Assembly: GCA_046598315.1 (NCBI GenBank)
Contig: JBKJIY010000079.1
Span: 4,931-68,930, forward strand
Origin: Gemmatimonadaceae bacterium
GTDB taxonomy: Bacteria; Gemmatimonadota; Gemmatimonadetes; Gemmatimonadales; Gemmatimonadaceae
Direction: 5' to 3'
DNA length: 64,000 nucleotides
Shown one piece after another: positions 53,442-61,910 of the stretch (position 1 is its first letter; every line of letters starts with the position of its first letter). A model generated the notes under the pieces. The model was not told the origin of the DNA. It saw nothing but the letters and a program-made list of their open reading frames with translations, and searched no databases. The translations under genes were made by a program, and so were the position numbers.

Positions 53442-55508
53442 CTACCTCGCAGCCGGCAACGCGAACGCCACGAACGTCCCGCCCGACGGCGCGCCGTTCT
53501 TGCCTCCGCCGCAGGCGATCACCACATATTGCCGGCCGTTGACCATGTAGGTCGATGGCGTCGCGCTTCCCGCCGCCGGCAGGGTCGTCTCCCAGAGCAG
53601 TGCGCCAGTGCGCTTGTCGTACGCACGGAACTTCTTGTCCCAGCTCGTGGCACCGATGAACAGCAGACCGTTCTCCGTCACCACCGGCCCGCCGTAGTTG
53701 TCGGTGCCGGTGTTCTTCATCCCCTTGGCGGCGAGCTCGGGATATTCGCCGAAGGGAATCTTCCAGCGGATCTCGCCCTTGTTGAGATCGATCGCGTTCA
53801 GCGTGCCCCACGGCGGCGCGATGGCGGGATATCCCTCGTGGTCGAGGAAGATGTTGTACCCGTCGTTGCGATATTTCAGGAAGTTCGGATTGGTCTTGCC
53901 CGTCTCGGCCACGTCGCGGCCCGTGATCAGGAAGTTCGCCAGGTCGTTGATCGCCCCACTCTCGAGCGTCCCGCCGAACCCGGGCATGCGTCCCGTTCCC
54001 TGCCGGATGATGGCCACGAGCTCGTCGCGCGTCTTCCGCGTGCCGACGTCCACGAGCGACGGTGGACCCCCCGGCGTGCCCTTGAGGTCGGCGCGATGAC
54101 AGCTCGCACAGTTGTTGTTGAACAGCGACTTGTCGCTTCGCGGCACCATGCGCAGCAACCACGCCATTTCGTTGCTGTTCACGTACAGCAACCCGGATTC
54201 CGGATCGTAGGCCGGTCCGCCCCATTCGGCGCCACCGTCGTACCCAGGATACACGATGATCCCCTTGGTACTCGGCGGAGTGAACAGCGGCCCGGCGGTG
54301 TACTGGCGAAAGGTCTTGAGTGCGTACGCATGCGCGGCCGCCGTGCGCCGCGTGAGCATGCGCTCGGTGAGTCGCTGGCGTGCAAAGGGTGGCGGCTTCA
54401 CCGGAAGGGGCTGCGTTGCGCTCGCCTTCTCCCCGTCGAGCGAGGACTTCGGCGTCTTCACGTACCTGATGGGAAAGAGCGGCGCGCCGCTGCGTCGATC
54501 GAACACGAACACATGGCCCGTCTTGGTGATCTGCGCCAGCGCGTCGATGCGCCGTCCATCGCGCGTGACGGTGACGAGCGCCGGCGGCGACGGAAAATCG
54601 AGATCCCACAGATCGTGCTTGATCCCCTGGAAGTGCCAGACGCGCTTTCCCGTGCGCGCGTCGAGCGCGAGGATGGTGTTGGCGAACAGGTTGTCGCCGT
54701 GTCGGTTGCTGCCGTAGAAGTCGAACGCCGCCGAGCCGGTTGCGCCGTAGACCATTCCAAGCGTGCTGTCCACGGTGAGGCCAGCCCACGCGTTCGCCCC
54801 CCCGGCGATCTTGTACGCGTCCTTCGGCCAGGTATCGTGTCCGAATTCGCCCGGACGAGGAATCGTGTGGAATACCCAGCGCAGTTCCCCGGTGATGGCG
54901 TCGTAGGCACGGATGTCGCCCGGTGCCGAGGGCAGGCTCTCGCTCACCGTGCTGCCGATGAGCAGCATGCCGTCGAAGATCACACCCGGCGTGCTCGCGC
55001 TTACGGAGAGCCCCTCGATCGGTCGCCCGAGCCCCTCGCGCAGATCGACGATACCCTGCTTTCCGAACGACTCGATCGGCTTGCCAGTCTTGCGATCAAG
55101 CGCCCAGAGCCGGTTCCGCTGGGACACGAACAGCCGGTCCCTGTACACCGTCACGCCGCGGTGGCGATAGCGTCCCGTGCGGCTGTCGCCGACATTCGGA
55201 TCGAAGCTCCAGAGCTCGCGTCCCGTGGCCGCATCGAGCGCGATCACGCGCAGTTTGGGCGATGTCGCATACAGCACCCCATCCACGATGACGGGATTTG
55301 ACTGCATCTCCGAGCCGGGGTATTCATCCTTCGTCGCATACGTCCACGCCACCTCGAGCTGCCGTACATTCGCCGGAGTGATCTGGCTCAGCCGCGAGTA
55401 GCGCGTGTTGTCCTGGTTGCCGCCGTAGAGCGGCCAGTCGACGGACGTGCCTTGCGCGAGCGCGATTGCGGGACAGCACAGCAACAGGGCAGCGATGGTA
55501 CTCTTCAT
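53442..55508 (-). CDS. PQQ-dependent dehydrogenase (beta-propeller quinoprotein) with an embedded c-type haem motif
   Basis: ORF 53442..56288. The ATG at 55508 gives signal peptide [35 protein letters not shown] is a PQQ-dehydrogenase N-terminus. Repeated W-motif propeller blades are present, and the internal haem motif is [14 protein letters not shown]. Confidence 0.85.
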   Translation of the reverse strand: MKSTIAALLLCCPAIALAQGTSVDWPLYGGNQDNTRYSRLSQITPANVRQLEVAWTYATKDEYPGSEMQSNPVIVDGVLYATSPKLRVIALDAATGRELWSFDPNVGDSRTGRYRHRGVTVYRDRLFVSQRNRLWALDRKTGKPIESFGKQGIVDLREGLGRPIEGLSVSASTPGVIFDGMLLIGSTVSESLPSAPGDIRAYDAITGELRWVFHTIPRPGEFGHDTWPKDAYKIAGGANAWAGLTVDSTLGMVYGATGSAAFDFYGSNRHGDNLFANTILALDARTGKRVWHFQGIKHDLWDLDFPSPPALVTVTRDGRRIDALAQITKTGHVFVFDRRSGAPLFPIRYVKTPKSSLDGEKASATQPLPVKPPPFARQRLTERMLTRRTAAAHAYALKTFRQYTAGPLFTPPSTKGIIVYPGYDGGAEWGGPAYDPESGLLYVNSNEMAWLLRMVPRSDKSLFNNNCASCHRADLKGTPGGPPSLVDVGTRKTRDELVAIIRQGTGRMPGFGGTLESGAINDLANFLITGRDVAETGKTNPNFLKYRNDGYNIFLDHEGYPAIAPPWGTLNAIDLNKGEIRWKIPFGEYPELAAKGMKNTGTDNYGGPVVTENGLLFIGATSWDKKFRAYDKRTGALLWETTLPAAGSATPSTYMVNGRQYVVIACGGGKNGAPSGGTFVAFALPAAR

Positions 55509-55640
55509 GGAGGCCGGTGGGTGGAGAGTTGCCCGAATACTACGCCCGATGTTCCGGGCTCCGATAGATCGAGTTGGAGGACCCACGGCCGCGTTCGCGG
55601 CACGCCAGCGATACGCGCGGCATCTCCCTGAGGATACGCG

Positions 55641-56330
55641 ATGACGACGCCGATCGATCCACTCAGCGACGCGAAGGTCGTGGACTCGTGGCACCGCAAC
55701 GCCGCGCCATGGACGACGGCGATTCGCGAGGAGCAGATCGAGAGCCGGCGGCTGGTGACGAACCGGGCGATCGTGGATGCCGTGCTTGGCCGCGCGCCGC
55801 GCACGGCGCTCGACATCGGCTGCGGCGAGGGGTGGCTCGTGCGCGCCCTTGCCGCCGCCGGTGTGCGCGGGACCGGCGTGGACGTGGTGCCCGGGCTGAT
55901 CGACGATGCCGTCCGTGCCGGAGGAGGCGACTTTCGCGTGGCGTCGTACGAGAGGATTGCCGCGGGCGACCTGGCGCTCACCGCCGACGTCGTCGTGGCC
56001 AACTTTTCCCTGATCGGCCACGAGTCGGTCGACGCATTCGTCGCGCGTGTGCCGCACCTGCTCACGCCGCGAGGCGCGCTCATCGTGCAGACGCTGCATC
56101 CGTTGATCGCCACCGGCGAGCTGCCGTACGCCGACGGTTGGCGCACGGGGTCGTGGACAGGATTCAGCCCCGACTTCACCGACCCCGCCCCCTGGTACTT
56201 CCGCACCCTCGAGAGCTGGACGCGTCTCCTCACCGCGAGCGGACTCGGCCTCGTCGAGATTCGCGAGCCGCTCCATCCCGTCACGCACCGGCCCGCGTCG
56301 GTGATATTCGTGGCCGAGGCGTCTGGCTAG
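55641..56330 (+). CDS. Class I SAM-dependent methyltransferase
   Basis: 229 aa with the SAM motif [15 protein letters not shown]. Confidence 0.8.
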   Translation: MTTPIDPLSDAKVVDSWHRNAAPWTTAIREEQIESRRLVTNRAIVDAVLGRAPRTALDIGCGEGWLVRALAAAGVRGTGVDVVPGLIDDAVRAGGGDFRVASYERIAAGDLALTADVVVANFSLIGHESVDAFVARVPHLLTPRGALIVQTLHPLIATGELPYADGWRTGSWTGFSPDFTDPAPWYFRTLESWTRLLTASGLGLVEIREPLHPVTHRPASVIFVAEASG

Positions 56331-56420
56331 ACCTTAGTCGGCGCGCTATGGTTGGGCGTTCCTCTCTCGACAGGACCGCTCCGTGCGCGGAGGGGTGACC
56401 GCGACTTCGGAGATCGCTCG

Positions 56421-59400
56421 ATGATGACCAGTCCCGTTCGACGCAGCGTGCTCGGCGCGGCGCTCGCCCTTCTCGTACTGCCCGGACTGCTCGGGGCGCA
56501 GACCACTACCGGCACGATACGCGGCCGCGTCACCGAGGCGGGGGGGGGACGCGGCGTCCCCGAAGCGCAGGTGATCGTCACCGGCACCCGGCTCGGCGCC
56601 CTCAGCAACACGAATGGCGAGTTCACCCTCGCCGCCGTGCCGGCGGGCGCACGCTCGGTGTCGGTGCGCCGGGTGGGGTACGAACCCGCGACACGCAGCG
56701 TGACCGTGACGGCGGGGACGAGCGTCACCCTCGACATCCCGCTTCGTGTGAGCGCCGTCAACCTCAACGAGGTGATCGTCACCGGGTCGGGCACGCCCAC
56801 CGAGAAGCGGAAGATCGGCACCAGCGTGGCCTCGATCGACTCGGCACTGATCTCGCGCGCACAGGCGGTCACGGTGGATCAGGCGCTGCAGGGCAAGATC
56901 GCTGGCGCACAGATCACGCAGAACTCCGGAGGGCCGGGCGGCGGCGGTATCTCGGTTCGGCTGCGCGGGACGAACTCCTTCATCTCGGGCTCCGATCCCC
57001 TCTACATCGTCGATGGCGTGATCATCGATAACGGCTCGGCGCAGCTGGCCGACCTCGGTATGCGCTCCAATCCGCAGAACCGCCTCGCCGACCTCAATCC
57101 CGCCGACATCGACCGGGTGGAGGTGATCCGCGGCGCCGCCGCCGCCGCGCTGTATGGATCGCGGGCCAACAACGGCGTGGTGCAGATCTTCACCAAGCGC
57201 GGCACCATCGGGAAGCCGCACTTCGCCGTCTCGTCGCGCTTCGCCACCAGCGAGCTGCGCGAGCAGCAGCCCTTCAACTTCTATCCGTTCGACGCCGCCG
57301 GCCTGCCGGTGCAGCGCTTCAACTACCAGAACGACATCTTCTACCGCGCGCCGGCGAGCGAGCAGAACCTTACCGTGGAGGGAGGGTCCGACCAGACTCG
57401 CTACTACGTGAGCGGCAACTTCGCCGACGAGAAGGGAATTCTCCGCTCCACCTCGTCGCGCCGCGCGGGCGCGCGCGTGAACCTCCAGCAGCAGCTCACG
57501 TCGCGGCTCGTCGGTAACGTCACGTCGAACTACGTGAACACCCGCAACGAGCTCCAGGCGTTCGGCGAGCAGAACGACTACGGGATCATGGGCTCGCTCT
57601 TCTTCGCCCCCACGTCGGTGAACTTCGCGCCGGTCAACGGGATCTATCCGCTCCCGCCCGCGCTCGGCACCAACCCGCTGCTCGCCATCGATCGCATCCG
57701 GAATCCGCAGACGATCGACCGCTTCATCGGCTCTACCAAGCTCACGTTCACGCCCATCCCGAGCCTCCTGCTCGACTACACCGTCGGCATCGACAACACG
57801 TCGTTCGAGCAGCGGCAGTTCGTGCCGCGCGGCGCGGTGCTCGGGACGGCGCCGCTGGCGACGGGACGCTCGCAGTCGGTGTTCCAGGCCACGCGCGTCA
57901 TCAACCAGGATGGCGTGGCGAGCTACACCTGGGACCCGATGGGCACGATCGAGCTGCGCACCACGGGCGGCTTCAACATCACGTCGCAGCGCGTGCGGCA
58001 GACCGCGGCCACGGCCAATGGCCTCGCGCCCGTGGGCGACCTCGTGAGCGCCGGCTCGGTGTTCTCGGCGGGGCAGAGCGACGTGGAGCTGCGCACGCTC
58101 GGGTTCTATGGCCAGCAGGAGATCGCGTGGCGCGACCGGCTCTTTCTCACCGGCGCCGTCCGCTACGACGCCTCGTCCACCTTCGCCCCCTCGGAGCGTT
58201 GGCAGGCCTTCCCCAAGCTTTCGGCCTCGTACGTGATCCGCGACAACGAGGCCGGCATGCTCAACAACCTCCGCGTGCGCAGCGCGCTCGGATGGGCCGG
58301 CAGCCAGCCCGGCATCGCCAACGCGTACTCGCAGTTCATCACGTACGCACAGAGTCCCTTCGCCGGCCGGCCGGGATTCGTCAACGACGTGATCTTCGGC
58401 AACCCGGACCTGCGCAACGAGCGCGCGCGCGAATGGGAGGTCGGCAGCGAAATCGGTCTGGTGGACGGACGCATCGGGATCGAGGCGACGTACTACAATC
58501 GCCTCGTGTCCGACCTGCTGTTCTTCCGGCCGCTGCCCACCAGCACCGGGTTCTCGCGGCAGTTCTTCCCCATCGGCAAGATGTCCAACAAGGGAGTGGA
58601 GCTGCTGCTGCGCACGGCGAACGTGAGCCGGCCGATGTTCGACTGGTCCAGCACGGCGACGTACGCGAACAACCGCAACAAGGTGGAGAGCCTCGACATT
58701 CTCGATTTCCAGTCGGCCGGGGGCTACCCCAACCGGATCCGCGCCGGCGAGCCGGCCGGCGTGTTCTACGGCTCGTACGCCGCGCGCAACTGCATCACCG
58801 GTGCGCTGCTGCTCGACTCGCTGGGCCGCTACCGCCGCAGCAATCAAGCGGTGGACATGGGCGCCACGTTCGCGGCCCGTCAGGCGCTCAGCGGCGGCAC
58901 GTGCAATGACTCGTCCAACAAGGTCATCGGCGATCCCAACCCGAGCTGGACCGGCTCACTGCTCAACGAGATCACCATCGCCAAAAAGCTGCGGCTGCGC
59001 GCCCTGCTCGATGGCGTGTTCGGCAACGACGTGATGAACCTGTCCACGCGCGCGCAGAACGCGGGCATCGCCAGCAACTCCAAGAGCTACGAGCGGGAGC
59101 TGCTCCCCTTCGGCGATCCCAACCGGCTGCCGTCGGGCTTCAATGCACGCACGCAGGGCATCTTTCAATACTGGGTGGAGGACGGCACCTTCGTGAAGCT
59201 GCGCGAGGTGTCCGCGAGCTACACGGTGGACGCGCCCGCCGTGCGGCGCGTGTTCCGCGAGGGCGTGGACCTCACGCTCTCGGGGCGCAACCTGTTCGTC
59301 TGGACCAGCTACAGCGGCTATGATCCGGAGATCAACCTGTTCGGCACCAACGCTGGCGGAAGGGAATCGGTGCAGACCACGGCGGCCGATCGCGGCTTCG

Positions 59401-59459
59401 ACTTTGGCGGCTATCCGATCCCGCGCGTCTGGTCGCTCACGGCTCGCTTCTCCTTCTGA
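56421..59459 (+). CDS. SusC/RagA-family TonB-linked outer-membrane protein
   Basis: The ATG at 56421 gives a signal peptide. It has a CarboxypepD_reg-like domain (GTIRGRVTE...GEFTLAAVPAGARSVSVRRVGYE), a plug (IEVIRGAAAAALYGSRANNGVVQIFTKRG) and a long barrel ending in ARFSF. Confidence 0.9.
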   Translation: MMTSPVRRSVLGAALALLVLPGLLGAQTTTGTIRGRVTEAGGGRGVPEAQVIVTGTRLGALSNTNGEFTLAAVPAGARSVSVRRVGYEPATRSVTVTAGTSVTLDIPLRVSAVNLNEVIVTGSGTPTEKRKIGTSVASIDSALISRAQAVTVDQALQGKIAGAQITQNSGGPGGGGISVRLRGTNSFISGSDPLYIVDGVIIDNGSAQLADLGMRSNPQNRLADLNPADIDRVEVIRGAAAAALYGSRANNGVVQIFTKRGTIGKPHFAVSSRFATSELREQQPFNFYPFDAAGLPVQRFNYQNDIFYRAPASEQNLTVEGGSDQTRYYVSGNFADEKGILRSTSSRRAGARVNLQQQLTSRLVGNVTSNYVNTRNELQAFGEQNDYGIMGSLFFAPTSVNFAPVNGIYPLPPALGTNPLLAIDRIRNPQTIDRFIGSTKLTFTPIPSLLLDYTVGIDNTSFEQRQFVPRGAVLGTAPLATGRSQSVFQATRVINQDGVASYTWDPMGTIELRTTGGFNITSQRVRQTAATANGLAPVGDLVSAGSVFSAGQSDVELRTLGFYGQQEIAWRDRLFLTGAVRYDASSTFAPSERWQAFPKLSASYVIRDNEAGMLNNLRVRSALGWAGSQPGIANAYSQFITYAQSPFAGRPGFVNDVIFGNPDLRNERAREWEVGSEIGLVDGRIGIEATYYNRLVSDLLFFRPLPTSTGFSRQFFPIGKMSNKGVELLLRTANVSRPMFDWSSTATYANNRNKVESLDILDFQSAGGYPNRIRAGEPAGVFYGSYAARNCITGALLLDSLGRYRRSNQAVDMGATFAARQALSGGTCNDSSNKVIGDPNPSWTGSLLNEITIAKKLRLRALLDGVFGNDVMNLSTRAQNAGIASNSKSYERELLPFGDPNRLPSGFNARTQGIFQYWVEDGTFVKLREVSASYTVDAPAVRRVFREGVDLTLSGRNLFVWTSYSGYDPEINLFGTNAGGRESVQTTAADRGFDFGGYPIPRVWSLTARFSF

Positions 59460-59476
59460 CCGCGGAGACCCACAAC

Positions 59477-60841
59477 ATGCGCATCATCAGACCCTTCGCG
59501 GTCACCGTCGTTGCCGCGGCGCTCGGGGCATGCAGCCTCGACCTTCAGAACCCCAACGCCCCCACCGACTCCCAGGTGACGACGAGCGTGGACGGCGTGA
59601 TCGCCCTCGCCACCGGGCTTCAGGGGCGGTTTGCCACGTCGTTCGGCAACTATGCCTACACCGCTGGCCTCGTCACCGACGAATTCGCCTCCACGAGCGC
59701 GGCGCTCATCTCCATCAGCGACGCCGAGCAGGGTGCCGTGCCGCAGGGCACGGGCATCGCCGACCAGGTGTTCAACTCGATCTACCGCACCGTGCGCACG
59801 GCTGACGACGTGCTCACGGGCTCCGTGGCCCTCACCGCGTCGATCGCGCCGGGAACGCGCAGCGGATTGCGTGCGCTGGCATTTGCACTCAAGGCGGAGG
59901 CGCTCGGCGAGGCGCTGCAGTCGTACCAGAAGATTCCCATCCGGACGCTCGGCGAGATCGCGCCGACGTATGTCAATCGCTCCGAGGCACTGCCATTCGT
60001 GCGGGCGTTGCTCGATTCCGCGGCGACGGAGATCGCCGCGGTGCCGCCGAGCGTCTTCTTCAACGCCAACGTGCTCACGCCCGGCGTGAACCTGCCGAAC
60101 AGCATTCAGCTGTTCCGCGCACGGTATGCGCGCATGGCGAACGATCATGCGAATGCGCTCGCCGCCGCCAACCTCGTGGCGCGCTCGGGTCCGGGAGCGC
60201 TCTCGCTGCTGCAGTTCCCCGCGCCGGCGGTGAATCCATACGCCGCCGTCACCGGCGGCACGAACGGAATCGCGCCGCGCCGCCAGTACCGGCTCTCGAT
60301 GGCGCCGCAGGACCAGCGCTTTACCTACTTCGTCATCCCGTCCACCACGCTCACGGGCCGGGTGGGCGCGCTGCTCGACCCGTGGAACCGGAACGCGAAC
60401 CCCCAGGCGCCGCTGCCCGTGTACTTCCCCGACGAGGCACTCCTGATCAAGGCCGAGGCGCTGGCGAATCTCAATCAGCTGCCCGCGGCGCAAGCGGCGC
60501 TGGACTCCGTGCGCACCGATTGTACGGGGGGTCGCGGCCTCGATGATCCCAAGGCGTGCCTCCCCGCGCTGGCGTCGCCGCTCTCGCAGGCGCAGCTGCT
60601 GACCGAGATCTACGTGCAGCGCCGGTACGAGCTGTTCGGCTCCGGGCTTCGCTGGGAGGACGTACGACGCCGCAACGCCATCCGCGGTCCCACCGCGGCG
60701 CCCGCCGTGCCCGTGGACGGACAGCGCTGCTGGCTGCCATACTCGGTCGGCGACCGCAACGCCAACCCGAACGCGACCACCGCCGTGCTTCCCGATCCCA
60801 CCGAGCCGTCGTCCTTCCCCACCGGCTGCACCACACAGTGA
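59477..60841 (+). CDS. SusD/RagB-family lipoprotein
   Basis: Lipobox AAALGACS. It lies 17 nt after the SusC-like gene. The helical TPR-like body carries ...QRRYELFGSGLRWEDVRR..., the conserved SusD C-terminal motif. Confidence 0.85.
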   Translation: MRIIRPFAVTVVAAALGACSLDLQNPNAPTDSQVTTSVDGVIALATGLQGRFATSFGNYAYTAGLVTDEFASTSAALISISDAEQGAVPQGTGIADQVFNSIYRTVRTADDVLTGSVALTASIAPGTRSGLRALAFALKAEALGEALQSYQKIPIRTLGEIAPTYVNRSEALPFVRALLDSAATEIAAVPPSVFFNANVLTPGVNLPNSIQLFRARYARMANDHANALAAANLVARSGPGALSLLQFPAPAVNPYAAVTGGTNGIAPRRQYRLSMAPQDQRFTYFVIPSTTLTGRVGALLDPWNRNANPQAPLPVYFPDEALLIKAEALANLNQLPAAQAALDSVRTDCTGGRGLDDPKACLPALASPLSQAQLLTEIYVQRRYELFGSGLRWEDVRRRNAIRGPTAAPAVPVDGQRCWLPYSVGDRNANPNATTAVLPDPTEPSSFPTGCTTQ

Positions 60842-60852
60842 GCGCGCCATTC

Positions 60853-61620
60853 ATGACCACCAGAGCCACAGCGTTCGCTGCACTCATCGCCGGCAGCATC
60901 CTGCTCGCGGCGTGCGGCACCCGGGAAGCGCCCGGCCCCCTCGAGCCGTCCGGCGCCATGGGCCGCGTGCGGCTCGTCAACGTGATCACGGACGAGGCAC
61001 GCGGCCGCGTGAACGCCATCCTCGAAGGCCTGCCGTTCACGGTGAACCTCACGTACACGCAGAGTGCGCCGGCCAACCTGCCGGCGCCCTCGTCGGCGCC
61101 GTACGCCGCCGTGCTCGCGGGCAACCGTTCATTCATTCTCAAGCGTACCGCCGACACGAACGTCGTCGTGGCGACGGTGCCGTTCGCCGTGGAGGCGGGA
61201 CAGGTGCGCTCCGTCTACGCCATCGGTGGCGCGGCGGGCTCGACGATCACCGGCTTCGTGACGTCGGATACCAATACCGTACCGGCGGCGGGCCAGGCGC
61301 GGGTGCGCGTGGTGCAGTTGAGCCCCACCGCCGGCGCGGTGGACATCTTCATCACCGCCCCGAATGCCGACCTCGCGACGGCGACGCCGAGCTTCGCGGC
61401 GGTCCCGACTCAACGCGCCACAGCGTATCTCACCCTGCCGGCGGGGACGTATCAGCTCCGCGCCGTGCCGGGGGGCACCCTCCCCGCCGCGCGAGCGGCG
61501 GCCGTGAGCATCACCCTGCCGAGCGTCGTGCTCGGCAGCAGTGCGCAGCGCACGATCGTCACGGCAGACAACAGCACGGGTGGCACCCCACTGCGGGCGT
61601 TCGTGCTGGTCGATCAGTAA
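60853..61620 (+). CDS. DUF4397-domain lipoprotein
   Basis: The ATG at 60853 gives lipobox ILLAACG. RVRLVNV... and ARVRVVQLSPTAGAVDIF...LPAGTYQLRAVP are tandem DUF4397-like units. Confidence 0.72.
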   Translation: MTTRATAFAALIAGSILLAACGTREAPGPLEPSGAMGRVRLVNVITDEARGRVNAILEGLPFTVNLTYTQSAPANLPAPSSAPYAAVLAGNRSFILKRTADTNVVVATVPFAVEAGQVRSVYAIGGAAGSTITGFVTSDTNTVPAAGQARVRVVQLSPTAGAVDIFITAPNADLATATPSFAAVPTQRATAYLTLPAGTYQLRAVPGGTLPAARAAAVSITLPSVVLGSSAQRTIVTADNSTGGTPLRAFVLVDQ

Positions 61621-61645
61621 GTACGAAGTCACCGAATCGAATCAA

Positions 61646-61686
61646 GAACGGCCGAATCGCCCCGGAGCATTCGGCCGTTTTCGTTG
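61646..61686 (+). terminator. Rho-independent terminator after the SusC/SusD/DUF4397 unit
   Basis: Arm aacggccgaat (61647-61657), an 11-nt loop, arm attcggccgtt (61669-61679), followed by ttcgttgatt. Confidence 0.7.
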
Positions 61687-61712
61687 ATTGTACTTCTGGC
61701 GCTTTCGACAAG

Positions 61713-61814
61713 AGCGTGAGGAACGGATATTACCGATGCAACAGCAGATGATCGGATCGACCGGGAAGCAAGCCGGTCGCCTCCGTTGAATCAGGAAGAT
61801 CTCTTCCGCACGCT
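61713..61814 (+). repeat. Copy C of the ~100-bp inverted-repeat intergenic element family
   Basis: The left end is agcgtgaggaacggat (61713-61728). The right end atctcttccgcacgct (61799-61814) is a 13/16 inverted repeat. The central motif is tcggatcgaccgg. Confidence 0.75.
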
Positions 61815-61910
61815 TTTGCGTGTTTGCTCGTGCAAGCTACCAGGAAGCACGCGGTGTCGTCGACGTCAGGCAACACCAGGACGTCGTGCTCTGGTCATCC
61901 CGGAGATTCG

